Positions 36,471 through 45,358 of a stretch of DNA of 59,669 nt are shown here, in pieces (position 1 is the stretch's first letter; each line of letters starts with the position of its first letter). This DNA is from a virus (lineage: Duplodnaviria; Caudoviricetes): IMG/VR virus record IMGVR_UViG_3300027112_000002, positions 1 to 59,669 of that record; one strand, given 5' to 3'. Below the pieces are notes generated by a model. That model worked only from the letters and a program-made list of their open reading frames with translations, was not told the origin of the DNA and searched no databases. A program made the translations under genes and the position numbers.

Positions 36471-37379
36471 TTAGAATGGGATGTCGTCTTCGGAGGGCAT
36501 TTCGGCAGCCGAAGGAACGCTCCCGGAACCGGCCACTGGCTCTGCAGCAGAACGACTTTGCAGTATGCTGTTGGCAATTTCCGTAATATATTCAGGGGTG
36601 GCCTGTTTGGCTAGGCCGATGGTGGGAACGAAATATTTCTTGGCTCCCTTGCCCAGCACTGAACCCAACTGGAGAACCTGTGAATGCTTGAATTGCGTGT
36701 ACAGGAAATTCAGCTTGCGGGCTGCAGTCATGGCAGTACCCTTTAGGCGCATGGAGAAGGGCATACCAGAGTCTGCTTCGATGCCTGTGTACACGTACAT
36801 CAGGGTGCAGCGGGGCGGTTTGCCTTTTCCAGTGATCGGGTCGGCCTCGGTCCATTCTGCCAGAGGACATTCATTGCATCCCCCGTTGATGGTTACTCCA
36901 TCGATCATCTTATTAACATACTCTGCATAAGGGGTGATCGCGTCACGGCTTGCGCAAAGAATGGGGAGGCTGGCATCATAAGGCTCAGGAAACACTGCCC
37001 TTTGAATTACAACTCGAACGATCACAATATTCAAGTTTTCGTAAAACTCACCGGTGACGGAATTGAACCATTTGCCCATATTTTGATCTGCACCCTCGAA
37101 CACACTGGTTGGCTGGGCAAGAATAAGACGCGGAATGGCCATATCACTGATACCCAATACTGCCTCTTCCGGGCTTGTTTCGCCCATCACCTTCAACTGG
37201 CCGTCGGCCACGTTGGGGATGGCAAGTTCTTCGATCGGTTGAGGGGCGGGAGCAGGGGGTTCTTCCATTTGACGGGGAAGAGGGGCGTGCACAGCTACCT
37301 TGGGTGCGGGTTCGACCACAGCCGGTTTCTGTGTGAGGGGTGGTACCTTTGCTGGTTTTGGTGCTTGTTGAAGTGGCAT
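36471..37379 (-). CDS. Single-stranded DNA-binding protein (putative)
   Basis: IPRLILAQ, CxxC..W..G..PPxC, C-terminal EDDIPF tail. Confidence 0.7.
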   Translation of the reverse strand: MPLQQAPKPAKVPPLTQKPAVVEPAPKVAVHAPLPRQMEEPPAPAPQPIEELAIPNVADGQLKVMGETSPEEAVLGISDMAIPRLILAQPTSVFEGADQNMGKWFNSVTGEFYENLNIVIVRVVIQRAVFPEPYDASLPILCASRDAITPYAEYVNKMIDGVTINGGCNECPLAEWTEADPITGKGKPPRCTLMYVYTGIEADSGMPFSMRLKGTAMTAARKLNFLYTQFKHSQVLQLGSVLGKGAKKYFVPTIGLAKQATPEYITEIANSILQSRSAAEPVAGSGSVPSAAEMPSEDDIPF

Positions 37380-37446
37380 TATATTTTCTCCTATTTTTTA
37401 TGTTTGATTATTGTTCCTATCGCGCTTAACGATTCCTAAAGCAATA

Positions 37447-38388
37447 TCACCTGCCTTCCCTTCTAGCGAATTTTAGTGCCTGTTCAAACGTGCTTCGTCC
37501 TATCGCACCTGCTATTATAGCATCATCGATTTTTGTTGGCAAGGTTACTTGCCTGGCCGCGGGGCCAATCGCTTTGGATAGTCTTTTGGACCAAATCCAT
37601 GCGTTAGGGTCTAGTATTACATAGGCCAGACTAGCGCCTCTTACCATATCGGGCACTCCGGCCCAGGAATTAGCAGATGGTACACCAATTATCTGAATCT
37701 GGTCCAGAAATATACTGGTGACCATAGCTTTTTTGGCTCCTTCAACTATGAAGGCTATCCCATCTTGATTAATGGGTCCATCCAAATCCGGCCTGGATAA
37801 AAACGGAGTAGGAGGGGCTCCGGGAAATGGGCGATATTTTCCTTCTGCCTCTGGTGGGTCAATCAATCTAAAGTCTACATTTCGAATGTGCCATTTGGGG
37901 GCGTACTTAGGGATGCTATATGCATCCAATACCAGATACCCATCATCTGCAGCCTTTTTGAAGGGGCGGCCTTGTACATGTCCAAGTTTATAAAAATCCT
38001 GCATGCTATCTGGTATTCCCATCTTGCGCCATTGTTCACGCATAATGGGTGTCAAATTATCATGTAGTACTTCATCGATGTTTGATCTTTCGAGTGCGGT
38101 TAAGGCCCTGGTATAGTCCTTTTGTTCCGGTGTGGGTAGCTCTCCGATTGGGCCGTCTGGCCATTTGACTCCTGGATATAAATGAGGGGCCCACCCCTCA
38201 AATCCGCATAAATCGCAGCGCATAAACCATTTGGGGAATTGACCATTTAGAAATACTACCATCCTACGATTGCCACCGCATTTGGTGCAGGGCCCACGCA
38301 GGGCCTTTGACCCGCTGCCGGTAAATAGTGCGGGTAGGAGACCACATTGGAGGAGACCTTCTGTTAAGTTTGGGTCCGAAATTGGCAT
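37447..38388 (-). CDS. DNA primase-like protein (zinc ribbon plus TOPRIM)
   Basis: GPCTKCGG...CDLC; IVEGAKKA; ILDP; KIDD. Confidence 0.75.
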   Translation of the reverse strand: MPISDPNLTEGLLQCGLLPALFTGSGSKALRGPCTKCGGNRRMVVFLNGQFPKWFMRCDLCGFEGWAPHLYPGVKWPDGPIGELPTPEQKDYTRALTALERSNIDEVLHDNLTPIMREQWRKMGIPDSMQDFYKLGHVQGRPFKKAADDGYLVLDAYSIPKYAPKWHIRNVDFRLIDPPEAEGKYRPFPGAPPTPFLSRPDLDGPINQDGIAFIVEGAKKAMVTSIFLDQIQIIGVPSANSWAGVPDMVRGASLAYVILDPNAWIWSKRLSKAIGPAARQVTLPTKIDDAIIAGAIGRSTFEQALKFARREGR

Positions 38389-38396
38389 ATTATCTC

Positions 38397-39443
38397 CTAT
38401 AAGGATGCTGGTATCAACAAACCAGTATCGAAATCCACATTGAATAAATAAGATTTTCCAGCCGGCAGCATGCCGCGCTGCTTTACCACTTTTACCAGAA
38501 ATTGAGTGTCTTCAATAGTCAGCGCTTCCCCTGGGTTGGGCCCCAATTGAGCGGTGGTTCCTACTGGATAAACCCTGGCGGGAATACATACAGATAATAT
38601 TCGGTCCGACCTCTGCCCTATGGCTGAGCTCTCTTCGCCATCATTCATCCCTGGAAGTTGAACCACTGGTGGACCATCTTTGCGGATGTATCCGCCAAGT
38701 GTCTGCTTGGCTTGAACGCCAAGGAATATTGGACACCCAAAGAACAGGCTGGCCCGCCTACAGAAGTAGACATCTGCCCTAACTTGTAACCTGCGTTGAT
38801 TTATGGGCTCCGTTGACTTGGCTAGACGGGGGTCAATCGGCAAAGCCTGTAGATAGTCTATCACTATGGCTGCTGGGGTGTACCCCGTTTGTCTGCATAT
38901 ATCACGAATGGCATTGAATATGTTGGTTAAGGTTAATGCATCTATGAGACCGGAAGTGTTTCTGCGTGAAGCTATGGATTCTGCAATGTATATAATCGGT
39001 GTGGCTGCCAGTTCATTAGCAGCCCTTTCCAGTCCGCTCATATCGGATACCTGGCCCCGGGACAATAACGCTACGCTTTGGCCCGAAGCCCTAGCCAGGG
39101 AAAGCATGGCCATATCTTCGAGGGGCTCTTCCACTGAAACATGGAATACTGCCTCCATGCTTCTCTCCTCCTTAACTATTTGTTTAGCTATCTGGGAGTT
39201 TAGATAGTGCATTAACAAACTTTTGCCCATGCTGGGTTGGCCTATTATCGATATGAGTTGACCTGCCCGAACCGGGGCGAAATATCCTTTCATTACGGGT
39301 ACATTAATATCTAGCCATTTAGTTCCATCCTTCTGGGCTAAGGCTATGTCTTCCATGCCCGCTGCAGCAAATTCGCCCGGCAGCCAGGCTAAATTTCTTA
39401 GGTCTTCAATGTCGCCTTCCGGAACTTCCAGCCATTCAGACAT
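38397..39443 (-). CDS. DnaB-like replicative helicase
   Basis: GQPSMGKS, SVEE, IVIDYLQ, SSAIGQRSD. Confidence 0.9.
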   Translation of the reverse strand: MSEWLEVPEGDIEDLRNLAWLPGEFAAAGMEDIALAQKDGTKWLDINVPVMKGYFAPVRAGQLISIIGQPSMGKSLLMHYLNSQIAKQIVKEERSMEAVFHVSVEEPLEDMAMLSLARASGQSVALLSRGQVSDMSGLERAANELAATPIIYIAESIASRRNTSGLIDALTLTNIFNAIRDICRQTGYTPAAIVIDYLQALPIDPRLAKSTEPINQRRLQVRADVYFCRRASLFFGCPIFLGVQAKQTLGGYIRKDGPPVVQLPGMNDGEESSAIGQRSDRILSVCIPARVYPVGTTAQLGPNPGEALTIEDTQFLVKVVKQRGMLPAGKSYLFNVDFDTGLLIPASL

Positions 39444-40159
39444 TAGATATTAAGTCCCCCATCTTCCGCTCTGATTCTGGTATTAGCCATTGGTTTATGA
39501 CTTTCCATTTGGTCCCAGGTTAATTTAACCTGGGAGGGAGCGGGCGGACTGCCCTGTTTCCCTCGAAAATCGTAGTGATACCATGGGGAGTTAGGTCCGA
39601 ATAACTGGAGTATTTGGTCAGGGGTTTTACCCGCCAACTCTTTTGCTTCCTTCAACATCCGACCCTTATTCATGTTGAAATCGATCTTACACACCGAGGC
39701 TAAGGCTACGGCCAGATCATAGATTGAGGGGTCTTTCGCCTCCCCGGGTTTGGTGGGCTTCTTTTTGGGTGAGGGTTTTCCTGAATAAGACAACTCGCTA
39801 TTAATCAGTTTAGCGGACACCAAATTGTCACATTCGGGTCCATATGCATACCATAAGGTAGTGTCGGACGGTTCTGCAGCACTGCGAGTAATCAAATATC
39901 CTCGCTCTACCAGATCAGATAAGGTCCTCCCTATAGTAGCTGTGGACCAAAAGGGGAAGAATTTGGATTGCATATCCCGAATGGATTGTCTTACCCACCG
40001 AATGCCGGTGTCATCGAGGACTTCTCCCTTGATGGACAATAGATAATCAGTTTGTAGCAAGACTGCGCTTTCGGGCAATCCAATTTCGACGGCCAATTCG
40101 GGTACCAATCGAATAGTGATTAACCCGTTGGCCACATATAGTCTACGATTGTCAGACAT
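39443..40159 (-). CDS. Replication initiator/helicase-loader-like wHTH protein
   Basis: LAVEIGLPESAVL...W...FPFWSTATIGRTL..L...GY. Confidence 0.75.
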   Translation of the reverse strand: MSDNRRLYVANGLITIRLVPELAVEIGLPESAVLLQTDYLLSIKGEVLDDTGIRWVRQSIRDMQSKFFPFWSTATIGRTLSDLVERGYLITRSAAEPSDTTLWYAYGPECDNLVSAKLINSELSYSGKPSPKKKPTKPGEAKDPSIYDLAVALASVCKIDFNMNKGRMLKEAKELAGKTPDQILQLFGPNSPWYHYDFRGKQGSPPAPSQVKLTWDQMESHKPMANTRIRAEDGGLNI

Positions 40160-40622
40160 TGTGCCACTCCTTTACCTCCTCGGTTGGTTCTAATCCCCCT
40201 CCGCTGCTATTAAATCCTTTCGTTCCTCTCGGGCTATCCGGCAATGCCGCCATCTCCTGTAACACTACTTCGGAATGATTGTCTATGAGCAATATCTGGG
40301 CTATACTCACACCTTCTGCCAAATACACTTCCTCTTCGCCCACATTCATAACGAACAGGAACAGAGGCCCCCGATACCCTGAATCTATCAGAGATGGTAG
40401 CACAAACAATCCTTTTCCTATAGCTCCGGACCGGGTGATGAAGGTAAAGGCCAAATGCTCCGGTATGGCCACGGATATACCCAAACTAACCCGGGTAAGT
40501 TTGCCGGGAGGAATTACAACATCATGGCATACAAATACGTTCAATCCCGCATCGCCCGGATACGAGGGGGGAGCTATATCCCGTGCTCCGTGTGAATTTT
40601 TGGTGAACAAAATCTTATTCAT
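40152..40622 (-). CDS. Trimeric dUTPase-fold nucleotidohydrolase with altered motifs
   Basis: DAGLNV, RSG, LIDSGYRGPL, IAQ, RGTKGFNSSG. Confidence 0.88.
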   Translation of the reverse strand: MNKILFTKNSHGARDIAPPSYPGDAGLNVFVCHDVVIPPGKLTRVSLGISVAIPEHLAFTFITRSGAIGKGLFVLPSLIDSGYRGPLFLFVMNVGEEEVYLAEGVSIAQILLIDNHSEVVLQEMAALPDSPRGTKGFNSSGGGLEPTEEVKEWHNV

Positions 40623-41034
40623 GGGCAGCCTCAATAAATGGCATGGCATCCTTCCAGGAGTTAACCACTTGATCTTCACGCAAGTTCGATCTAAGGTATA
40701 TGGACAAATCCACATACCGCATGGTGGGGGGAATTACCATAATCATCGGTATATCGTTGTCCTTGCAAAAAACCACTTCCTGAGGCATGCCCCAGGACTC
40801 AATGTCCGGCACGTAATCGATCACCATTATATCGCTATTTAATAAAGCGGCCATATTGGTATTTACCAAGGATAAGACGTCATCCGGCCCGGTGGTTGTG
40901 GGCAGGATATTAAAGGCCGAGGAAGGAACATATATGGCCCCACCATATCCAAATTGCCTCAACGCGCCAATTACTGTGGCTACCCGTTTTCCTGTGTTCT
41001 TACTGCGGTCAATTGCGTGTGCGAAATATATCAT
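40615..41034 (-). CDS. Nucleoside 2-deoxyribosyltransferase/deoxynucleotide N-glycosidase family protein
   Basis: IYFAH...P...ALLNSD...SWGMPQEV...IP. Confidence 0.75.
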   Translation of the reverse strand: MIYFAHAIDRSKNTGKRVATVIGALRQFGYGGAIYVPSSAFNILPTTTGPDDVLSLVNTNMAALLNSDIMVIDYVPDIESWGMPQEVVFCKDNDIPMIMVIPPTMRYVDLSIYLRSNLREDQVVNSWKDAMPFIEAAHE

Positions 41035-41035
41035 A

Positions 41036-41401
41036 TCATTCCTCTCCTGGCAGTTTTTGTCTGCCACTAGCCTCGATCATGAAGATTAACAACAGCATGT
41101 ATACGATGATGTCAAATATGCGCTGTATAACTTCTTGATTTATTACATCCAACGGATTACCAAATCGGGACCATTTGCTAATCACGAACCACTGCTTGGT
41201 GGCCTGGGTGATTAGGTAATGGCTGGGGGTGTCATCGGATAGTTTGGCTCCCTCGTAGAAGTTAACTAAAGCCACATCATTGCCTTTTGCGTATTGGTCC
41301 CCCTTGTATCCCAGTAGTTTGGACACTGCTGGAAGATACCGGTAGTAGACAGCATTGGCGAATTCCTCTTGAGAGCGATTGTCTACAATTTTGATAGCCA
41401 T
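41036..41401 (-). CDS. Nmad1 (DUF1599)/MazG-fold-like protein
   Basis: LL..KGDQYA...ALVNF...KQ...IFDIIVY..LL. Confidence 0.65.
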   Translation of the reverse strand: MAIKIVDNRSQEEFANAVYYRYLPAVSKLLGYKGDQYAKGNDVALVNFYEGAKLSDDTPSHYLITQATKQWFVISKWSRFGNPLDVINQEVIQRIFDIIVYMLLLIFMIEASGRQKLPGEE

Positions 41402-42489
41402 CACGACCTCCACTCATCTGAAATACCCGGCCCCCAGGATACGTACTTGATGGGCACGCCAAGGTCGCTTTCGAACTTGGATAACCACTTATTGACTTCG
41501 GTAGGAAACTGCTGGGTGCTATTGCAGTTTGATAGATCGGGGAATAGGTAGTCCAGGAAATTCAGCGCGATGCTGGTGGGGCCACACTGTTCAATAGCCC
41601 GAAGTACTAGGGAGGGGTCGAAACGGGCAATGCGACGTACCTTTTTGGTGACTGTAGTCCGCTCGGGAGTTGATACATACCCGTTGGTTTCCTTGTTTAA
41701 TGTCTCCCAATTGATTTCCTTGGCGAGAGGGCCCGAATTGCCGCCAACGCGAATGGGGAAAGTCCGCAGCACCATGATACTTTCAAAGTCATCAGTCAGA
41801 TGCATGCCGAGCCCAGTTTCGGCCATCAAAGATTGGGGGGTACATTCACGGCTGGTGCAGAAGGGATAAAACCCACCTGTGTGCAGGGACAACCCATATC
41901 CTTGCGTTCCCTCGATCATTACATTTTTTCCCTCTCGAATCGCATCCCTGGCTGTTTGTGAAGTTGGGCCTATTGACACCCCGCGAGCCCATTCATAGTT
42001 TTCCGCCATATCTTCGAAAACCTTTCGGTTATAGTCCACAGTAATGGTGGGTTTGCGCCAAATCTTATCTGCTGTAGCCGCCCCAACCCCCTCTCCTGTG
42101 GAACCGATCGTTTCCTTAATTACGGATTCCTTCTCCATCTGGTCAATGGAAATTATCACTGCCATTGGGTCAATCATCAGACGAAGAGGTCTGCCGGTTA
42201 CTTCATATCCCCGCTGCAATTCTTGTATGAGGAGGTCCAGGATAATATATCCCGCTGGACCGATCAACCCCAATGAGCCAAAATAGGTGGCTACTGGAAT
42301 TGATTGCACTACCACCTTGGTGGTAATATTATCTTTTGATAGCAGATAGAAGGTGTGCCCTGCATTTGGCCCTCCAATGCGCATGGCCACAGGATAACTG
42401 TCGTGCAATAACATCTCCGCAGCAATTTGGCCCTTGCCCTCGGACCCGAATTGCCCGCCCCATACAATAGATAACTTGCCTTTAGTCAT
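41401..42489 (-). CDS. purZ: PurZ0-like 2-aminodeoxyadenylosuccinate synthetase (PurA paralogue)
   Basis: GGQFGSEGKG (Ser for the PurA Asp), GPNAGHT, GSTGEG, EGTQG, FPIRVGGNSGP, TTVTKKVRR, NFLD. Confidence 0.85.
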   Translation of the reverse strand: MTKGKLSIVWGGQFGSEGKGQIAAEMLLHDSYPVAMRIGGPNAGHTFYLLSKDNITTKVVVQSIPVATYFGSLGLIGPAGYIILDLLIQELQRGYEVTGRPLRLMIDPMAVIISIDQMEKESVIKETIGSTGEGVGAATADKIWRKPTITVDYNRKVFEDMAENYEWARGVSIGPTSQTARDAIREGKNVMIEGTQGYGLSLHTGGFYPFCTSRECTPQSLMAETGLGMHLTDDFESIMVLRTFPIRVGGNSGPLAKEINWETLNKETNGYVSTPERTTVTKKVRRIARFDPSLVLRAIEQCGPTSIALNFLDYLFPDLSNCNSTQQFPTEVNKWLSKFESDLGVPIKYVSWGPGISDEWRS

Positions 42490-42493
42490 TTTA

Positions 42494-42931
42494 TTACTCC
42501 TTATTGGAATATAGTCCTACACGCTCCACTTTTAGAGCACTTTGTAACGCCGATACTACATGCTTTAGAGTATCGTATTGTACATCAAGTTGGTTTCGTA
42601 TTGCGGTGGCTTCCGCTAACTCTATTGGGTCTCCCTTTACGCCTTTAATGCGGGCGTAGTTGGCCTGGGCCAATGCAGCATCATATCCGATTATCAACAT
42701 TTCGGCCCCCAATAATTCCAGTAGATATATCTTGTTTGACCCGGCCAGTTCCATGAATTCGGCTCTATCCAAATCTGCGAAGCTGACAGGCTCTTTTACT
42801 GGCTGAGTTGAAGGAATGGATGGTACCTCATTGAGGGGTCTGCTACCTGATATGTTTACATACGTGGGCTCGGGGCGTTCAGGAAGTGGCAGCCGGGAGG
42901 GTACAGTATTATTTAGTGGGAATGGTTCCAT
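42494..42931 (-). CDS. Hypothetical coiled-coil protein
   Basis: AGGAG RBS; helical C-terminus. Confidence 0.65.
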   Translation of the reverse strand: MEPFPLNNTVPSRLPLPERPEPTYVNISGSRPLNEVPSIPSTQPVKEPVSFADLDRAEFMELAGSNKIYLLELLGAEMLIIGYDAALAQANYARIKGVKGDPIELAEATAIRNQLDVQYDTLKHVVSALQSALKVERVGLYSNKE

Positions 42932-43154
42932 GTGTTCTCCTAAAATAAGAAATTAAAGCGCCTATCAATAGAAGGGCGCTTGAAAAAGCCAGGTATCTGA
43001 CTATAAAATCCCAGTCAACGGACAAATTACTCACTGCAGCCACATATAGGATTACGGGCAGTAAAATACCCATAAGCATGAGCATTGCGCCCCCAATTAG
43101 GAAGGCCAGGCCTTGTATTACTTTTAGAATTTGAATAAAGGGAGTTGGTGTCAT
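42909..43154 (-). CDS. Two-helix membrane protein
   Basis: Two hydrophobic stretches; AGGAGATG RBS. Confidence 0.7.
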   Translation of the reverse strand: MTPTPFIQILKVIQGLAFLIGGAMLMLMGILLPVILYVAAVSNLSVDWDFIVRYLAFSSALLLIGALISYFRRTHGTIPTK

Positions 43155-43171
43155 CGGTCATCTCCTTGTCT

Positions 43172-43201
43172 ATTATACACCCGATTTTGGGTGTCTGTAA
43201 A
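43172..43201 (-). promoter_or_regulatory. Promoter upstream of the purZ operon with near-palindromic spacer
   Basis: TTTACA-18 bp-TATAAT; ACACCCG-ATTT-TGGGTGT inverted repeat. Confidence 0.55.
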
Positions 43202-43210
43202 GATTTTTGC

Positions 43211-44950
43211 TTAAGAGTCTACAAATTGATAGGGCTTAGGGTCGATTGGAAAGGGAGCAGGGTCGTATTTCTTTCCTAGAATATCTTGCACTGTGCTGGT
43301 TAGGCACTCCTGCACTATGGCAAATTGCTTCTCCCGAGCGTCCTTGTCTGCATCCAATAACATGGCCACACTGTCATGGACTTGGAGTATTAATCGATTG
43401 GGCAGTCTATCCTCAATGCGCAGCATTGCCTCCCGCATCACTTCTGCCAGGTTTCCTTGAACGTACTGGTTAAATGCTTTGTATTCATGTCCTTTTTCAT
43501 CTTGTTGAATCCAACGGGGGCGGTTCGTTGCCAGCATGACCATGCCCGTTTGTTCAGTGGCCCTGGCCATGGCCTTAGCGGTGCTCATAGCGGTGGGAAA
43601 TCTCTTTCTAATGGTAGTCAAAATGCTTAGGGCTTCGTTTTCCGATATGCCGTTTGTGGCTGCGAATTTTACCTTGCCCACTTCATAAATGGCGGATAGA
43701 AGGGCTCGTTTGGCCATATAGCGTTTGGCAGTATCGTTCCAAATGACACGGGCCAAATTGTTGTATGGGTCATCCGTGGAGTCGGATACGGCTGCCAACA
43801 GGCTTTCATCACGGGATACTGTGGCGGCCAATCTTAATTCGGCCTGTTTGATATCCAGGGCCCATATTTGCACCGATGGGTCTGGACTTTTGAATATTCC
43901 GAACATAGACCCGAAGGCTCGATTTCCTCTTGCTTCCATGGGGATGCCTTGTGCATTTGGGTCCTCCGAAGACATTCGATATGATCTGGTGCCAAATGGA
44001 TTTAGCAAGGAGTGTAGGCGCTGGTCCCATTCTCCATGTTTTTCCATCACCTCCAGCCATGAACCTAGGGCCTTGCTAAGTTGCCTATATTCGATAACTG
44101 CAGACAAGTCTGGGTATCGGTCCAGGTCCAATTCTTCCAAAGTCTCTGCTTGGGTATTGGCTAGAGGTATGCCCTTGCTTATGGCATATCCCATAACATC
44201 CTTGGCGTAATTAGGATTGGATATACCCTGGGACACCAAGTGGGTGCCCAATTCAATCATGCGCCTACGATATGTCTTAATTCGGTTTTTGATGTGGTCC
44301 AGATCGAGAGGTATTCCACGTTCGACCAGCTGCATGATCAGATACATAAATCGCTGGTCCCATATATGGTTGCGCTTATAAAGGGATAGAGCAGGAACAT
44401 TCTTGAAATTGTCATATATCTGGAGTGTGCCCAGTGCGTCCTCTCTGGCATATTGGGCCACTATTTCTGCATCCATTTTGGCCAGGGACCCCCGCTTAGA
44501 TTTCATGTCTGCATAATCTTTGGGTACTGTGCCGACATACTTTCCCCGAAGGGTTTCTAAGGATACTCCAAGCGGTTGGGGAGCCAGATGGCGTGCGACG
44601 TGTTGAATTTCAACCACGTTAGCCATTGGTCGAAGGCCGTATTGCTTCATTAGGAAACGAAAGTCGAAGGAATGGTTAGCCATGGCTACTACCCTGGCCT
44701 TGGGTATAGCCCGTATCACATCATCTGATGATATAGTGCCAGCCACTCCCCACATAGGTATCTGTCCAGTTCCATAAGCGTCTAATAAATAGCAGGATTT
44801 ATATGCACCACTCTCTTGCCATCCCAGGGAAATACCAATGACCCTATCTTCCCATCTAAGACCAGTAGTTTCACTATCCAAGCCTATGGCCTCTACTTCA
44901 CCTGCCAGCATCTTGGCCGGATGGTCACCCATGAGCAGCAAATCAGACAT
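43211..44950 (-). CDS. polA: Family A DNA polymerase with 3'-5' exonuclease (DpoZ candidate)
   Basis: LDSETTG, NHSFD, YAREDA; motif A DIKQAELR, motif B RYMAKRALLSAIYE, motif C VHDS. Confidence 0.92.
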   Translation of the reverse strand: MSDLLLMGDHPAKMLAGEVEAIGLDSETTGLRWEDRVIGISLGWQESGAYKSCYLLDAYGTGQIPMWGVAGTISSDDVIRAIPKARVVAMANHSFDFRFLMKQYGLRPMANVVEIQHVARHLAPQPLGVSLETLRGKYVGTVPKDYADMKSKRGSLAKMDAEIVAQYAREDALGTLQIYDNFKNVPALSLYKRNHIWDQRFMYLIMQLVERGIPLDLDHIKNRIKTYRRRMIELGTHLVSQGISNPNYAKDVMGYAISKGIPLANTQAETLEELDLDRYPDLSAVIEYRQLSKALGSWLEVMEKHGEWDQRLHSLLNPFGTRSYRMSSEDPNAQGIPMEARGNRAFGSMFGIFKSPDPSVQIWALDIKQAELRLAATVSRDESLLAAVSDSTDDPYNNLARVIWNDTAKRYMAKRALLSAIYEVGKVKFAATNGISENEALSILTTIRKRFPTAMSTAKAMARATEQTGMVMLATNRPRWIQQDEKGHEYKAFNQYVQGNLAEVMREAMLRIEDRLPNRLILQVHDSVAMLLDADKDAREKQFAIVQECLTSTVQDILGKKYDPAPFPIDPKPYQFVDS

Positions 44951-45164
44951 CATCACCTTTCCAATCCGGTAAACTATGGACATATGCTGCTTTGGTTCGC
45001 CAAGTGGCCATACACCCAAGGCAGGTTATGCAGGAGTAGTCACTGGGTGTGTATTTATATCCATTGAAAGCTGAATAATTGCAGTTACGATTGATGACCG
45101 CCCAACGGCGAATATCGATCGGTTTAATACTTTCGGGACATTGGCATGCTGCGCCCTGTGACAT
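44943..45164 (-). CDS. Cys-rich hypothetical protein
   Basis: CxC, CxxC; tiled. Confidence 0.6.
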   Translation of the reverse strand: MSQGAACQCPESIKPIDIRRWAVINRNCNYSAFNGYKYTPSDYSCITCLGCMATWRTKAAYVHSLPDWKGDDV

Positions 45165-45358
45165 TAGCACTTGACCCTTTCGTCCTTAGGGGGAGCATCC
45201 TCCTCCAAGACAAGCCGCAAGGTATCAGCTACTGACTTAAGGTTGACCTGAATTAAAGCCAAGGGAGCATTGATCTGAATAAGTGCCGGCTTGTCATGGA
45301 GACGATCATCGTTCTCAATAGACTTTAGCATTATGATCAATTCCTCTTTGGTCTTCAT
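45164..45358 (-). CDS. Hypothetical protein
   Basis: AGGAG RBS; INAPLALIQ. Confidence 0.65.
   Translation of the reverse strand: MKTKEELIIMLKSIENDDRLHDKPALIQINAPLALIQVNLKSVADTLRLVLEEDAPPKDERVKC

Noticed and set aside
41401-42489. Ordinary PurA auxiliary metabolic gene
   Set aside because: The catalytic GDEGKG Asp is Ser, it has PurZ-type PIRV and TTVT motifs, and it sits among DNA-precursor genes
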